Shown here piece by piece: positions 34,936 through 47,861 of a stretch of DNA of 64,000 nt (the first letter of the stretch is position 1; each line of letters starts with the position of its first letter). The notes below the pieces were generated by a model. The model made no database searches, had not been told where the DNA came from, and saw nothing but the letters and a program-made list of their open reading frames with translations. The stretch lies in NCBI RefSeq assembly GCF_902713615.1, contig NW_024055498.1, positions 4,768,554-4,832,553 on the forward strand, in the 5' to 3' direction. The position numbers and the translations under genes were made by a program. Source of the DNA: Scyliorhinus canicula. Taxonomy: Eukaryota.

Positions 34936-35864
34936 CTATTTTTTTCCCTCTGTGTCTTGGTTGAAGAACGGAAGTAAATCCTCAGGAATGAATCATCACT
35001 TTGGGCAGATTCTGAGATAATTAAGTTTTGACATCCAGGAAAGAGTAAACTGTAATTGTGGAGTGTGATTTTAGATTGTATAAAGGGCAAAGTTCTATTT
35101 TATAGTTTAATGTATAGGTTTCCGAGTTAAAGTAGCTTCCAGTTTGTTTGTTGCATTAAAAGTCCTGTTGTGTGATCCTTTAATTTGTTGACTGGGAATT
35201 TGAATTTTTCTTAGAAGGTGCTGACCTTTACGGAGATCCTAATCCTGATCCTAATAGGAAGTTTTGATTTCCTATTTGAGCCTCGGGCACCTTTCTGTCT
35301 CTATTGCTCGTGTCACTGACAGCCAGGTGATGGAGCTGAGGGCTGAATTTAGCTGAGAATAACGGGACCTGTTCCCCAGTTGGGGAACTGCCATGGGCGT
35401 CGCTAATAGAGACAGGAAGGTGCTGGGGGACTGACTGGGAACTGGACATTCAACCAATCAGGGTTCAGGGCAGGGTGGGGGGGTAACTGGGGCTGACGGT
35501 GATGCGACCCCCAGGGTTCAGTGCCCCCGTATCCAAAGTGGGGAATCATGGGAACAGGGTACAGAGGAGCTGAAGGAAAACCATTTGGGACCAGAACATT
35601 GTGAACATCCTGTTACTCTGGTTGTCTTTGATCCTCAAGTAATTTTCTGTTTTTTTTTTAACCATGTTGTGTTTCATCAATAAACTTTTAACAGGAAAAT
35701 ATTTGAATTTGTTGGATTTTTCCAGATTAAATTTGTTCACTTTCGGAAAAGTGGGTGAGAGGGGTTGACAGGCTCTTTAGCAGAAAGTGAGTCCGTCTGA
35801 GGTAATTGGCAAAGGAGCCAGAGGGGTAGAGGAGATTTGATTTTTCTAGGCTCTTGTTATTGTG

Positions 35865-36260
35865 GAGGGACTTGAAGCCTCCAAGCGTAGTGGCTTGGGT
35901 CAACAACATGGTGGGGTGTCTCAGTTGGAGAAGATAAAGTTTGCCTTGCGAGGGTCTATGCAGGGGTTCTCCAGGCGGTGGCAACCGTTCCTTGACTTTC
36001 TCGCGGATCGTTAGGTGGAGGTCAACAGCAGCAGCAACCCAGGGTGGGGGTGAGGGTGGTTCTGATTTATTTTCCTTTTTGTAAGGGCCACATGCCCTAT
36101 CCTGTTTTGAGTTGGGTGTTAATTTGTTAAACTGTTTATCTTTTAGAGTGTTAAGTTTTGTTTTGTTGGCATGTTGCCCTTCTTTCTTTGTATTATTTTC
36201 CTTTTTGGAGTGTTTTGTGAACTAATTGAAAAACTTCGAATAAATACATTAAAAAAAAAA
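35865..36260 (+). mobile_element. L1 3' end fragment
   Basis: Homologous to 25640-26050 (ttggagaag.t.aa.tttgcc, ggcggtggca); ends aataaatacattAAAAAAAAAA. Confidence 0.75.
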
Positions 36261-36499
36261 GAAAATGGGGTTCAGGGAATAAATCGTGATTGACTAATTT
36301 AATGAAAATGAAATGAAAATAGCTTATTGTCACAAGTAGGTTTCAAATGAAGTTACTGTGAAAAGCCCCTAGTCACCACATTCTGGTGCCTGTTCGGGGA
36401 GGCTGGTATGGGAATTGAACCATGCTGCTGGCCTGCCTTGCTCTGCTTTCAAAGCCAGCGATTTAGCCCTGTGCTAAATCAGCCCCTGCTGGCTAAATC

Positions 36500-36860
36500 A
36501 GCCAACGTTCTCTGAGGAAGTAACAAGGGATGTCAATAAAGGGGAACCTGTAGATGTGCTTTATCTGGATTTCCAGAAGGTATTTCCCAAGGTGCCACAT
36601 CAAAGGTTATTACACAAAATAAGAGCTCATGGTGTGGGAGCAACACATCAGCATGGATAGAGGATTGGTTGGCGAACAGGAAGCAGCCAGTCGGTATAAA
36701 TGGGTCATTTCTGGGTGGGTAAGATGTGACAAGTGGAATGTCACCAGGATCAGTGCTGGGCTATCAACCATTTACAATCTGTATGAATGTGTTGGATGAT
36801 GGGATTGAATGTATGACTCAAATATAGGCAGGGAACTAATTTGTGAAGTAGATTTAAGGA
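36500..36860 (+). mobile_element. CR1 RT fragment
   Basis: ggggaacctgtagatgtgctttatctggatttccagaagg...aaggtgccacatcaaagg and ggatcagtgctggg motifs. Confidence 0.7.
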
Positions 36861-37139
36861 GTATGCAAAGGACGACAAATAGAGAAGGTGCAAATTGCAC
36901 AGTCACGCAAGCCGGAATCGCACCCAGATCTCTGGTGCTGTGATGCAGCAGTGCTAACCACTGTGCTACCATGCCGCCCCTTTGACTGTCCCTTTACTGT
37001 TACTTTTCATTCCAGGTTCTGGGCCTTCACCGGGTGTTTGTGAAGCCCCTCAAACCACTCGCCAGTACTATCGCGTCCTGCTCGCCTGCAGTTCTAATTC
37101 TGATCTGCCCAGAATGTCACCCCAACAACATCACTCCAG

Positions 37140-37320
37140 TATTGGCACTGCGCATGCTCCAGATTACAATGCCGAGCGTGTGATTGGCGGCAGCTCCGGA
37201 CCAATGGGAAGAGGAGGCGGAGCTGGAGGACCGAGCAGGAGTGGCTGGTCCTCCAAGTAATTGGAGTGAATGAGGGGCGGGACTAGCCCGGATATTCCTC
37301 ATTGGCTGAAACTCTGCATC
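37140..37320. promoter_or_regulatory. ZNF promoter module copy 1 (CCAAT / GC box / NRF1-like)
   Basis: ctgcgcatgct, gtgattggcggcagctccggaccaatgggaagaggaggcgg, ggggcgggac; same core at 39555, 40460 and 61220. Confidence 0.6.
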
Positions 37321-38094
37321 ATTTTGAAAGCTGATTTTTCTCAGACCCCAGGAGAAAACTGGACCTTTCTGTTTGTGGCTTTAAACAGATGAAACCCTGT
37401 GGGTGTGGAGCAAACATTTCAACATTTATTACTGAAATGTGGCAACATGATGAACCAATCCACCAATAATTCAGGGGCTGATTTAAACAAATAATTATGC
37501 AGACAGGGTATGTCACCCTGAGATCGAGGAGTCCCTGGTTTCTGTTGGTGGACAGGCAGAAGGTTGGGACAGGTTAGGGAGGAGGTTAATACTGTCATAA
37601 CTCAGAACAACACAGACTATAAAGGAACAACTAAGGAACTTTTCTGACCAATTTAATATTCACATAATATATTTGTAGATTAGAGACAGAAGGACAACAT
37701 TTCTAATAATAATAATCTTTGGTAATCTTTATTGTCACAAGTAGTCTTACATTAACACTGCAATGAAGTTACTGTGAAAAGTCCCTTGTCGCCACATTCC
37801 GGCGCCTGTTTGGGTCACACTGAGGGAGAATTCAGAACGTCCAAACCACCTTACAGCACGTCATTCAATTTGCAATCAGTTTGGAGATAACTCTGATATT
37901 TTTCCATCTTAAACCACTTTGTCTTGAAAGAAGCCAAATCTTAAAAAGGCAAAGTCTTTAGTTTAAATCATCACTGTGCTGTTCAGTGGAAAGGGTTAAC
38001 TTCTCTGCTCTCAAGGTTGTTAGGAACAAACGTTCTCAAATGTGTACAACTGTGTTGACTTTACGTAACTTTATTTTCAGATATGAAATGAATC

Positions 38095-38405
38095 AGCACT
38101 ATGAGTTAGCCCTGTGGCATCACTGCGCCAGGGTCCCAGGTTAGATTCCCAGCTTGGGTCACTGTCTGTGTGGAGTCTGCACGTTCTCCCTGTGTCTGCG
38201 TGGGTTTCCACCGCGTGCTCCAGTTTCCTCCCACAGTCCAAAGTGTGCATGGTTAGGTGGATTGGCCATGATAAATTGCCCTTAGAGTTCAAAAAAGATT
38301 AGGTGGGGATAGGGTGGAGGTGTGGGGATAGGTGGGGTGCTCTTTCCAGGGGCCGGTGTGGACTTGATGGCCCAGGTGGCCTCCTTCTGCACTGTAAATT
38401 CTACG
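38095..38405 (+). mobile_element. HE1-like V-SINE (family A)
   Basis: Core and tail readable. Confidence 0.85.
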
Positions 38406-38527
38406 AAACACCATTTTAAACTTTGTATTCTCAATTCTTTTGGCAACTTTTTCAGTTTTGCCCAAATTTGTATTTTCCCCCCTCTTTCTTCAGGCACTTT
38501 TCCAACTGACTCAAATAAAACAAAAAA

Positions 38528-38750
38528 GGGGCAGCACGGTGGCCTAGTGGTTAGCACAACCGCCTCACGGCGCTGAGGTCCCAGGTTCGATCCCGGCTCT
38601 GGGTCACTGTCCGTGTGGAGTTTGCACATTCTCCCCGTGTCTGCGTGGGTTTCGCCCCCACAACCCAAAAATGTGCAGAGTAGGTGTATTGGCCACGCTA
38701 AATTGCCCCTTAATTGGAAAAAATAATTGGGTAATCTAAATTTAAAAAAA
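38528..38750 (+). mobile_element. Young short V-SINE (family B) with 15-bp TSD
   Basis: TSD aaataaaacaaaaaa at 38513-38527 and 38751-38765; body essentially identical to 54219-54442. Confidence 0.93.
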
Positions 38751-39013
38751 AAATAAAACAAAAAAAAGTAAAACGATCAGCTTTCAGGTTACCCAAAGCT
38801 TCAACCTTCTTAGACCAAACAGGGTTAAAGAGGGTGGAGCTTCCAAAAGCTTGTGAAATCCAATTCACAACGTCCAGGCGGACATTTAACTTCAGAGAAT
38901 CCAACTTTTCACTGCCTTTTGCAATTGCACAAATAAATTGCAATTCACTAGGTAATTAGAACATCCCTTTTCTCAGCATCGACTCTTTCGATTAAATACC
39001 AATTTTTCGTTTT

Positions 39014-39360
39014 GGCAGCGCGGTAGTACAGTGGTTAGCACTGTTGCTACGCGGCAGCACCATCCCAGGTTTGATTCCCGGCTTGGGTCACTGTGCGGAG
39101 TCGGCACGTTCTATCCGTGTCTGCGTGGGTTTCCTCCGGATGCTCCAGTTTCCTCCCACAGTCCAAAGATGTGCAGGTTAGGTAGATTGGCCATGCTAAA
39201 TTGCCCTTAGTGTCCAAAAAAGGTTTGCTGGGGTTACGAGGATAGGGTGGAGGTGTAGGGATGGGGTGTAGGTATGGACTTAGGTAGGATACTCATTCCA
39301 AGGGCTGGTGCAGACTCAATGGGCCGAATTGCCTCCTTCTGCATTGTGAATTCAATGATT
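39014..39360 (+). mobile_element. HE1-like V-SINE (family A)
   Basis: Full head/core/tail. Confidence 0.9.
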
Positions 39361-39378
39361 CAGTGTTGCTTGGACACC

Positions 39379-39545
39379 GGACACAGGACTCAGGTGAATC
39401 ATTCACCTGAGTCCTGTGTCCTGAATCATTCACCTGAGGAAGGAGCAGTGATCCGAAAGCTAGTGTTTGAAACAAACCTGTTGGACTTTAACCTGGTGTC
39501 AGACTTCTTACTGTGCTCACCCCAGTCCAACGGCAGCATCTCCCC
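39379..39545 (+). mobile_element. Penelope-like element terminus (pLTR) preceded by a 43-bp palindrome
   Basis: cacctgaggaaggagcagtgatccgaaagctagtg...aaacctgttggactttaacctggtg matches the common vertebrate PLE terminus as I recall it; palindrome at 39379-39421. Confidence 0.65.
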
Positions 39546-40439
39546 ATCACAGGATCACAATGCCCGGGGACTGATTGATGGCAGCTTCGGACCAATAGGA
39601 TGAGGGGGCGGGACTGGACAACCAAACAAGAGCGGCTGGTCACAGTAACTTCATTGATGCCTACTCGTGACAATAAGCGATTTTCATTTTCATTTAATTT
39701 TTAATGATGCCCTTTGTGACAGTCTGAATTTTCCTCTCCAGATGTTTTAACATTTGATCTTTTCAATCACAGTGTGTCTCAAAGTGAAGATTGAAACTTT
39801 GGTTTTAGCTGTCAGATATATTTCCTGTGTGACTGTATAAATCGAGAACCACTAGAATGATTTCAGTTCCTCTACAGATGCAGCTCAGATACCAGAAATC
39901 TCTGGAGTTCCCCATGTCCTCATTGCTCTCATCTTGGATAGAACAGTTCTGAATCAGGTGGAGTCAGTCACACGTGCCTCTGTCATGATGTTTCCATTCC
40001 TATTTTATCTCACACGTCCCAGTGACACGGACTATAACACAGAAACATCAAATTATCTTTGCTACCTTGCATCTTGCCCTCCTATTATTGTCTAATGATA
40101 ACAGTGACAGAGGAACACACACCAGCATTGGAATAACAGGCATTCCCTTCCCAGCCTCCCCAAAAAGGCACCAGAATGTGGCTTTTCACAGTAACTTCAT
40201 TTTTGAAGCCTATTTGTGAAAATAAGAGATTTTCATTTCAGGCAGGCTATTGTCTAATAATAACAGTGACAGAGTTATGATCTGGGACCCTGGATCTGGG
40301 AAGCAACATTGCTACCCACTGTGCTACCTGCCGTCCTAGATTGGCCCAGGTAGGGTGATTTTACATAGGGTCGGTGCAGATTCGATGGGCCGAACTGTTA
40401 TTATTGGACAATCAGCGAGTCAGCCTGAACCTGTAGCCG

Positions 40440-41250
40440 TTTTCACCATCTGCATCCGTCATAATGGCCAGGTGATTGACGGCGGTCCCGCCCAATAGAA
40501 AGAGAGGGGCGGGACTGGCGGTCCAACATACCAGCTGGTCCTTCAACCAATCAGAGTGAATAAAAGGCGGGACCCGCTCTGATTGAAGCATGCGCAGTGT
40601 GGATAAAGGTGAAGGAGGCGAGCAGTATTTTCAGATCCGAAATCGGTAAGGGGCGTTTAACAATATCGAGGAAGCGGCAGATCGCGCGGGTGGGCGAAAA
40701 CGTTGTGTAAAGTTGTTGTTAAGCATAAATCTCGGAAAAGAGTTTCTGGGTCACAGTTTGTACCGAGCTGCAGCTCCTCGTGTTCGGCTTGGGTGAACGG
40801 CCGCCATTTTTACTGGATGTGCATGAGGGCGCATGCGCGTTTCTCATCTTTGTCGGGGCGATGTTTCAATGAGTGGGAGGGGCTTGTTCCCCATTGTTCA
40901 GAATGGAGACAACTTGTCCATCAAACTGGATTAGCCTTTGAGTCCCAATGTCTTATTGATGATGCAAAGCGGTGGCAGAGATGGAAAGAAAAGGAAGCTC
41001 ATCCCGTTCTCTGGATTTCACTGTCTTATTAGAAATTCTGTCCCATGTGTCCAAAGCTCTGCGGCTCTGTTCAGCCATGTGAAGACCCAGGGTAGAACCT
41101 CACAACACTGAGTACACATCGCCCTCAAATCAGGGAACTGCTGGGAACAAGAGGGGGCAAAGTGCAGCAGGAGGCATAAGCGGTCATCCTGGACCAGGGA
41201 GCAAGACTGACTGCAATGGATTTTGGAAACTCCTTTTACAGGGGATTAGA
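40440..41250 (+). promoter_or_regulatory. CpG-rich ZNF promoter/first-exon cassette A (paralogue of 61210-61980)
   Basis: CCAAT and GGGCGGG boxes, agcatgcgcagt, donor-like cg|GTAAGG ~40645, YY1 ggccgccatttt 40799, NRF1 gcgcatgcgc 40829-40838. Confidence 0.7.
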
Positions 41251-42960
41251 CCATAAGACATAGGAGCAGAATTAGGCCACTTGGGATCTTTCTTGTGATC
41301 CTCCTCTGGACTCTTTCCAAGGCCAGCGCATAATTCCTCAGATACAGGGCCCAAAACTGCGCACAATACTCCGAATGGGGTCTGACCAGAGCCTTATACA
41401 GCCTCAGAAGTATGTCCCTGGTCTTTTATTCTAGCCCTCTTGACATGAATGCTAACATTGCATTTGACTTCTTAACGCCGACTGAACCTGTACATTAACC
41501 TTAAGAGAATCGTGAACAAGGACTCCCAAGTCCCTTTGTGCTTCTGATTTCCTCAGCATTTCCCCTTTGGAAAACAGCATTTCCCCATTTAGAAAATAGT
41601 CTAGGCCTAAATTCCTCCTTCCAAAGTGCATAACCTCACACTTTTCCATGTTGTATTCCATCTGCCACTTCATTGCCCACTCTCCTAGCTTGTCCAAGTC
41701 CTTCTGCAGCCCCCCTGCTTAATCAATACTACCTGTCCCTCTACAGATCTTTCTATCATCTGCAAACTTGCAACAGTGCCTTCAGTTCCTTCTTCCAAAT
41801 CATTAATGTACGTTGTGAAAAGTTGTGGTCCCAGCATACACCCCTAAGGCACACCACTAGTCACCGGCTGCCATTCTGACAAAGGCCCCTTTATCCCCAC
41901 TCCCTGCCTTCTGCCAGTCAGCCTATCCTCTATCTATGCCAGGATCTTACCCTTAACACCATGGGTTCTTAACTTATTTAACAGTCTCGTGTGCGGCATC
42001 TTGTCAAAGGCCTTCTGGAAATCTAAATAAATCACGTCCACTGGTTCTCCTTTGTTTAACCTCCTTGTTACCTTCTCAAAGAACTCTTAACAGATTTGTC
42101 AGACATGACCTCTCTTTGACAAAGCAGTGCTGACTCAGTCCTATTTTATCATGCACTTCCAGCTACAATCTCATCTTTAATAATGGACTCTTGGGGCCAG
42201 CACAGTGGATAGCATTAGGACTGCAGCGCTGAGGACCCGGGTTCGAATCCCGGCCCTAGGTCACAGTCCGTGTGGAGTTTACACATTCTCCCCCTGTCTG
42301 TGTGGGTTTCACCCCCACAACCCAAAAGATGAGCAGGTTGGGTGGATTGGCCATGCCAAATTGCCCCTTAATGGGCTCTAAAATCTGACCAATGACCGAA
42401 GTCAGGCTAACCGGCCTAAAATTTCCAATTTTCTGCCTCCCTCCCTTCTTAAACAGCGGTGTTATATTTGCCACTCCCTGTCCTCTGAGACCCTTCCTGC
42501 CTCCAGTGATTCCTGAAAGATCACCACCAATGCCTCCACAATCTCCTTGGCTATCTGTTTCAGAACCCTGGGGTGTAGTCCAGCCAGTCAAGGTGATTTA
42601 TCCACCTTCAGACCTTTCAGTTTCCCCAGAACCACCTTCTTAGTGATGCCACTGCACTCGCCGCTTGGAGGAAACCTCAATTGTGTACTGATTCTAAAAT
42701 GAACTGGTCCAAGCCAATTCAACTGCTACAAAAAAGAGATGAAACCTGACGGACCCCCTGATTTATTTTCTGCCCCACATCCTGACTCCTGAGGGGCCTG
42801 TACATGACTCCCATCAGGGTCTTTTTATCTTTGCGATTCCTCAACTCTACCCACAGAGATTCTATGCTTTCTGATTGTTTATTGCTAATTGCTATCGATT
42901 TAACTACGACCTCTGGCTGTTCACCATCCCCCTCAGGATGTCCTGCGTTGGTTCTGATTA
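41251..42960 (-). mobile_element. CR1 LINE (internally deleted) inserted in cassette A, containing a short V-SINE (42193-42372 +)
   Basis: Tail ccataagacataggagcag; minus-strand WQMEYNMEKCEVMHFG, ANITPLFKKG and SIESLWVELRN peptides. Confidence 0.8.
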
Positions 42961-42964
42961 TAAG

Positions 42965-43135
42965 TGGAGGATTTACACACAGCAAATTCAAACCAGGAGA
43001 AATATTTATCTTTCCTGAATTTCAATTCTGGACTGACAGTGATGCCTTTGTAAACTTCTTTCACAGGGGCTTAGAAAGGGATTCGCAGACAGGAAATTCA
43101 CAACCAATCCTCACATCAAATTCTGACAGCACCAT
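42965..43135 (+). other. ZNF intron/acceptor segment (AG at 43065-66) with no downstream finger array
   Basis: Highly similar to 61978-62133; homologous to the exon starts at 31841 and 47508. Confidence 0.65.
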
Positions 43136-43885
43136 TCGGGTTCTCAGGATCTGGAGGCTATTGACCTTTTGTGTGTAAGCATTGAGTTAGGATCATTATC
43201 ACTCACTGTGTCAAATTTCTCCCTCATATCTCCTCTGTGGATCTTGCTCGCAATCAGAAATCTGTGTCCCAGAATCCCATAATAACAGATTTCTTTATAT
43301 TTTGCCGGGTTTGCTGTTATCGTTTCCGGTGCCTGGGTCGATCCGGATGGTCCCCCCGGTTTCATTCCTGTTTTGTGTATTTGTAGTGGTTGAATAGGCT
43401 TCAACCAGTCCATTTTCAGATCCAATACAAAATAAAATCTCCTCCAAGAAGCAATTGATGTGCATTCAGGTCTGGGATGGATCCCAACAATTTTTTTTAC
43501 GAATGCCACATCGCCCCAGTTAGAGGCTTAGCCATTCACCAACACCACCAAATTACCTGCCAATGACCCAGTGACCACCACATATCTCCCATTAGTGTCC
43601 GCAATGATCCTGGTGACTGAAAGAGGGATCTGTTTATTGATTAGAATTGCAGCACCTCGAACCCTTCATCAAAGCCCGAGTGAAACACTTGGCTCACCCC
43701 CCCCGCAGTCTGGTCTGATCTCTAACCCGCAAGTGAGTCTCCTGGAAGAACACTACACCAGCATGTAGAATTTTTAGGGAGTGAAAACTCTCGACCTTCA
43801 CTGGTCCACCCAATTATTTTACGTTCCAGGTGATCAGCCAGATCAGGGGTCTCCCTCCTCTTTCCTATCATGGAATCAACTATTT

Positions 43886-44210
43886 GGGGCAGCACGGTAG
43901 CACAGTGGGTAGCTCTGTTGCTTCACAGCTCCAGAGTCCCAGGTTTGATTCCCGGCTTGGGTCACTGTCTGTGCGGAGTCTGCGCGTTCTCCCGTGTCTG
44001 CGTGGGTTTCCTCTGGGTGCTCCGGTTTCCTCCCACAGTCCAAAGACTTGCAGGTTAGGTGGATTGGTTCTGCTAAATTGCCCGTAAGTATCGAAAGGTT
44101 AGGTGGGGTTGCTAGTTTAGGGGGATTGGGAAGAGCTGTGGGATGGGAGTGCTCTTTTGGAGGCTGGTGTGGATTCGTTGGGCCGAATGGCCTCCTTCAG
44201 CACTGTATTA
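43886..44210 (+). mobile_element. HE1-like V-SINE (family A)
   Basis: Full head/core. Confidence 0.88.
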
Positions 44211-44809
44211 AGTTTCCACTGAGGGACTATTCAGTACATCTTCAAAAAGTACAGGGCAAGGATCCACTCAAGATGGCTGCCACACACACACGCACTCCCT
44301 CAGATTAAAACAAAAATAGTTCTATTGTCATCATCAGTGAGCTACAACCCTCCCCCACCCCCATTTTCCTCCCAACACATCCCGACACACACTGGATGAA
44401 AACCCACCCACAGGCTGTGGCCAAAACTGGTTCACCGGCTGCAGATTCACCCCCCCCCCAATCTCACTCCCATTCACCAGCTGACTGCTGGTGGGGCAGC
44501 TCCTCTCAGGACAAAAATAAAATGAAAACAACGACATTGTCCACCTGGAGAATAAACATATTTCAGAATGCAGTCCCTTTATTAGCCTTAATTTCCAAAG
44601 GGGTCCCTCTCCCCCCATGTATCTACCTTGTGCTTCATAAAGTAAATCTCCCTTCCTCCCCACACAGAAACACATTGTGTTTCTTTCAGACAACATCAAA
44701 GACTATATACAGGAAATACCCATCCCACCCACCCGGAAACGTAGATCTTGTCCAATACAGATAATTGGACCCAGTCCGTGCCTCGCCAGCTCGGCTCCCA
44801 CATCCTGGT

Positions 44810-45313
44810 ACATCCTCACTGGGATAACTGAGTAAATCCCTTCCCACACTCTGAACAGGTGAATGGTCAGTCACCAGTGTGACTACGGTGATGAATCTCC
44901 AGCTCACACGGGAAACTGAATCCCTTCCCACAGTCCTCACATTTCCACGGTTTCAGCGTGCTGCTGGTGTCCTTGTATCTCTCCAAGTTTGACGATCGGT
45001 TGAAATTTTACCTCCACGGCGAACATGTGTACGGTCCCTCGTCGCTCTGAATGGTGATCTTTTTTCAGATTGTGTAACTGGTTAAAGCTCTTTCCACAGT
45101 CCGTTCACTGGAACACACTCACTCGAGTTGAGTGTGTATCGGGCTTTTTCCAGTCACGCTGATCTTTAAAATCATGTACTACAGACATAACAGACAAACA
45201 TTTTTGCTTCCACATTCACAGACCAATGAACCTGATGAATGGAGTGACTCTGTTAAATCTTGATGTGAAGTTTGATTTGAGTTTCCATCTGTAAATCCTC
45301 CCCTTGTAATATC
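44810..45313 (-). pseudogene. Truncated C2H2 ZNF pseudogene (copy 3)
   Basis: Reverse strand: acceptor cttacAG|gatatt, fossil fingers, [40 protein letters not shown] then breaks off; start ATG lost. Upstream intron paralogy at 45690-45860. Confidence 0.82.
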
Positions 45314-45345
45314 CTGTAAGAGGAGTTTGCAAAAGTCATCACCTA

Positions 45346-45680
45346 GGGGCAGGTACGGTGGCTCAGTGGTTAGCCGAGAACCCGGGTTTGATCCCGGCCC
45401 GGGTCACTGTCCATATGGAGTTTTCACAGTCTCCCAGTGTCTGCGTGGGTCTGGCCACGACAATCCAAAAAGATGTGCAGGGTAGGTGAATTAGCCACGC
45501 TAAAATGACTGGGTTACGGGAGAAAGGGGAGAGGGTGGAGGTGTGTGCCTTAAGTAGGGTGCTCTCTCTAAGGCCGGTGCAGTCTCGGTGGGTTGAATGG
45601 CCTCCTTCTGCACTGGAAATTCTGTAAACCCCTTAATTGAGGGAAAAGTGAATTGGGTAATCCAAAGATATATTTTTTAA
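45346..45680 (+). mobile_element. V-SINE (A/B hybrid-like)
   Basis: Head, core, family-A tail then a family-B-type ttaatt...ggtaatc end. Confidence 0.75.
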
Positions 45681-46482
45681 ATAAAAAAAACAAAAGCCAT
45701 CACTGACAGTCCAGGATAAAAATTCTGAACAGACAATTCTAGTTTCTCTGGAACATTTTTCCCTCTCTTGTTCCCCCAAAGCTGTAAATCCCCGTCCCAC
45801 ACACTCTCCCTCCTCCCTGGGCTGAAATCCAAACCCATCTCACCATCTGCACCATTTCTTTCCTCCACTCCCAATGTTCTCCCTCCCTCTCCTCTGCCTG
45901 GGTTCAGTTCTCCAGCTCCTGTCTGCAGACTGACAATAAAATCAATGGGTCTTATTGGGGGTTTGGGGCCTCCAGCGGGTGTTTGTGAATCCTCCCTGCC
46001 CACCTGCCAGGGTTTCCTTCCTTGCCAGAGTCCTCATTGACGATTTGAGCCCAAAATAGAACCAAGCTAAATTGCACAGCGGTTAGCACAGTTTCTTCAC
46101 AGCGCCAGGCTCCCAGGTTCAATTCCCGGCTTGGGTCACTGTCTGTCTGTGCAGAGTCTGCACGTCCTCCTGGGCTTCCTGAATGGTCCGATTTCCTCCC
46201 ACAAGCCCCGAACGCCGTGCTTGTTAGGTGAATTGGACATTCTGAAATCTCCCTCTGTGTACCTGAACAGGCACCAGAATGTGGCGACTAGGGGCTTTTC
46301 ACAGTAACTTGCAGTGTTAATGTAAGCCTACTTGTGACAATAAAGATTATATTATAAATCGATAGGGGCGGAGGGGAACAATTTCATGCAGATTTGCGGC
46401 TCCACAAAGTGTTTTAGCTCCTCCCACCCGTCTCCTGAACAGGTTGATGCATTTATTTGTCTGACTAAAAGGATGGTCGCTA

Positions 46483-46695
46483 GTGGCACAGTGACGCAGC
46501 GGTTAGCACTGCTGCCTCACGGCACCGAGGACCGGGTTCGATCCCAGCCTCGGGTCACTAACCGTGAGGAGTTTCACATTCTCCCCATGTCTACGTGGGT
46601 CTCCCCTCTACAACCTGAAGATGTGCAAGGTAGCTGGATTGGCCACACTAAATTGCCCCTTAATTGGAAAAAAATAATCAGTTATTCTAAATGAT
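46483..46695 (+). mobile_element. Short V-SINE (family B), diverged
   Basis: ttagcactgctgcctcacggc...aaattgccccttaattggaaaaaa. Confidence 0.8.
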
Positions 46696-47861
46696 CTCTT
46701 TCCTAATGTTCACAATTAAAGAGGTGGGTTCCACAGGAGATGGCTGACATTTCAGTGGACGGTAAATTAATAATGGACAGAGATATGTCCCGCCGTGTTC
46801 TTTTATGGAACATGCTAGATATATTATTTACAGTTTTTATAGTAAAGTATTATTTCTCGCCTTGTAATATAAGACTGTAGCTACATTATAGATTTCCAGT
46901 CATCCTCCACAGGGACCAGTTGTATCTGGGGGTCATTGAATATATTGAAACACAAGTTTGACAGATATTTTATTGACAATGGAGTTGAGGGTTATGGGGA
47001 ACAGGTAGGAAAGTACAGAGAAAGCTGAGATGAGGAGGGATCACTTCACTCGAGGATGTGGTGAAGCTTTGGAATTCTCTACCCCAGAGGAATGTGGAGC
47101 CTCAGGCATCAGGTATGTTCAAGACAAATATTGATAGGTTTCTAGATATTAAAGATATCGAGGGATATGGGGATTGTGTGGGGGAAATGGTGCCGAGGTA
47201 GATCGGCCAAGGATCTCATTGAATGGTTGAGCAGACTCGGTGGGCCGAATGGCCTACTCTTGCTCCTATTATAATCTCTGTGTCCTGGTCAGGAAGCAGT
47301 GAGCTGAGCTTGGATCTGTCAATCAACATGAATCAGCACCTTCAGGAGAATTGGGAGGGTGAATATTAGATACAGCAGAGTGAGAATGGAGGGAGAGTGT
47401 GTGGGATGGAGATTTACAGCTTTTGGAGAACGAGAGAGGAACTCGACTTGTCAGCTCTGAATTTCTATCCTGTACTGACTGATGACTTTTGTAAATTGTT
47501 TTTAAAGGATATTGGAAGAGGAGGAATTACAGACAGAAATCTCACATCACAACTTGATACGACAAACTCACTTAATTCCTTCTGTGCACCGATGATATTC
47601 AGGTCAGAAGAAATGTTTGTCCGATCTGTCGGCTTCCAAAAGGTTTTAAACGTGAGTGTGACTGGAAACGTACCGAGACCCACACAACACACACCCGAGT
47701 GAGTGTTCCAGTGAACTGACTATGGAAAGATCTTTAACCAGTTACACAGCCTGAAAAAACATCACACCATTCACAGTGAGGAGAGACAGTGCACATGTTC
47801 CGTGTATAGACAAGGCTTCCACTGATTGTCCAATCTGGAGAGACACGAGGAGACCCAAAAC

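Noticed and set aside
40086-40274. 27-bp direct repeat (40086-40112 / 40248-40274) around a SINE tail
   Set aside because: Best explained as a long target-site duplication; no further significance seen.
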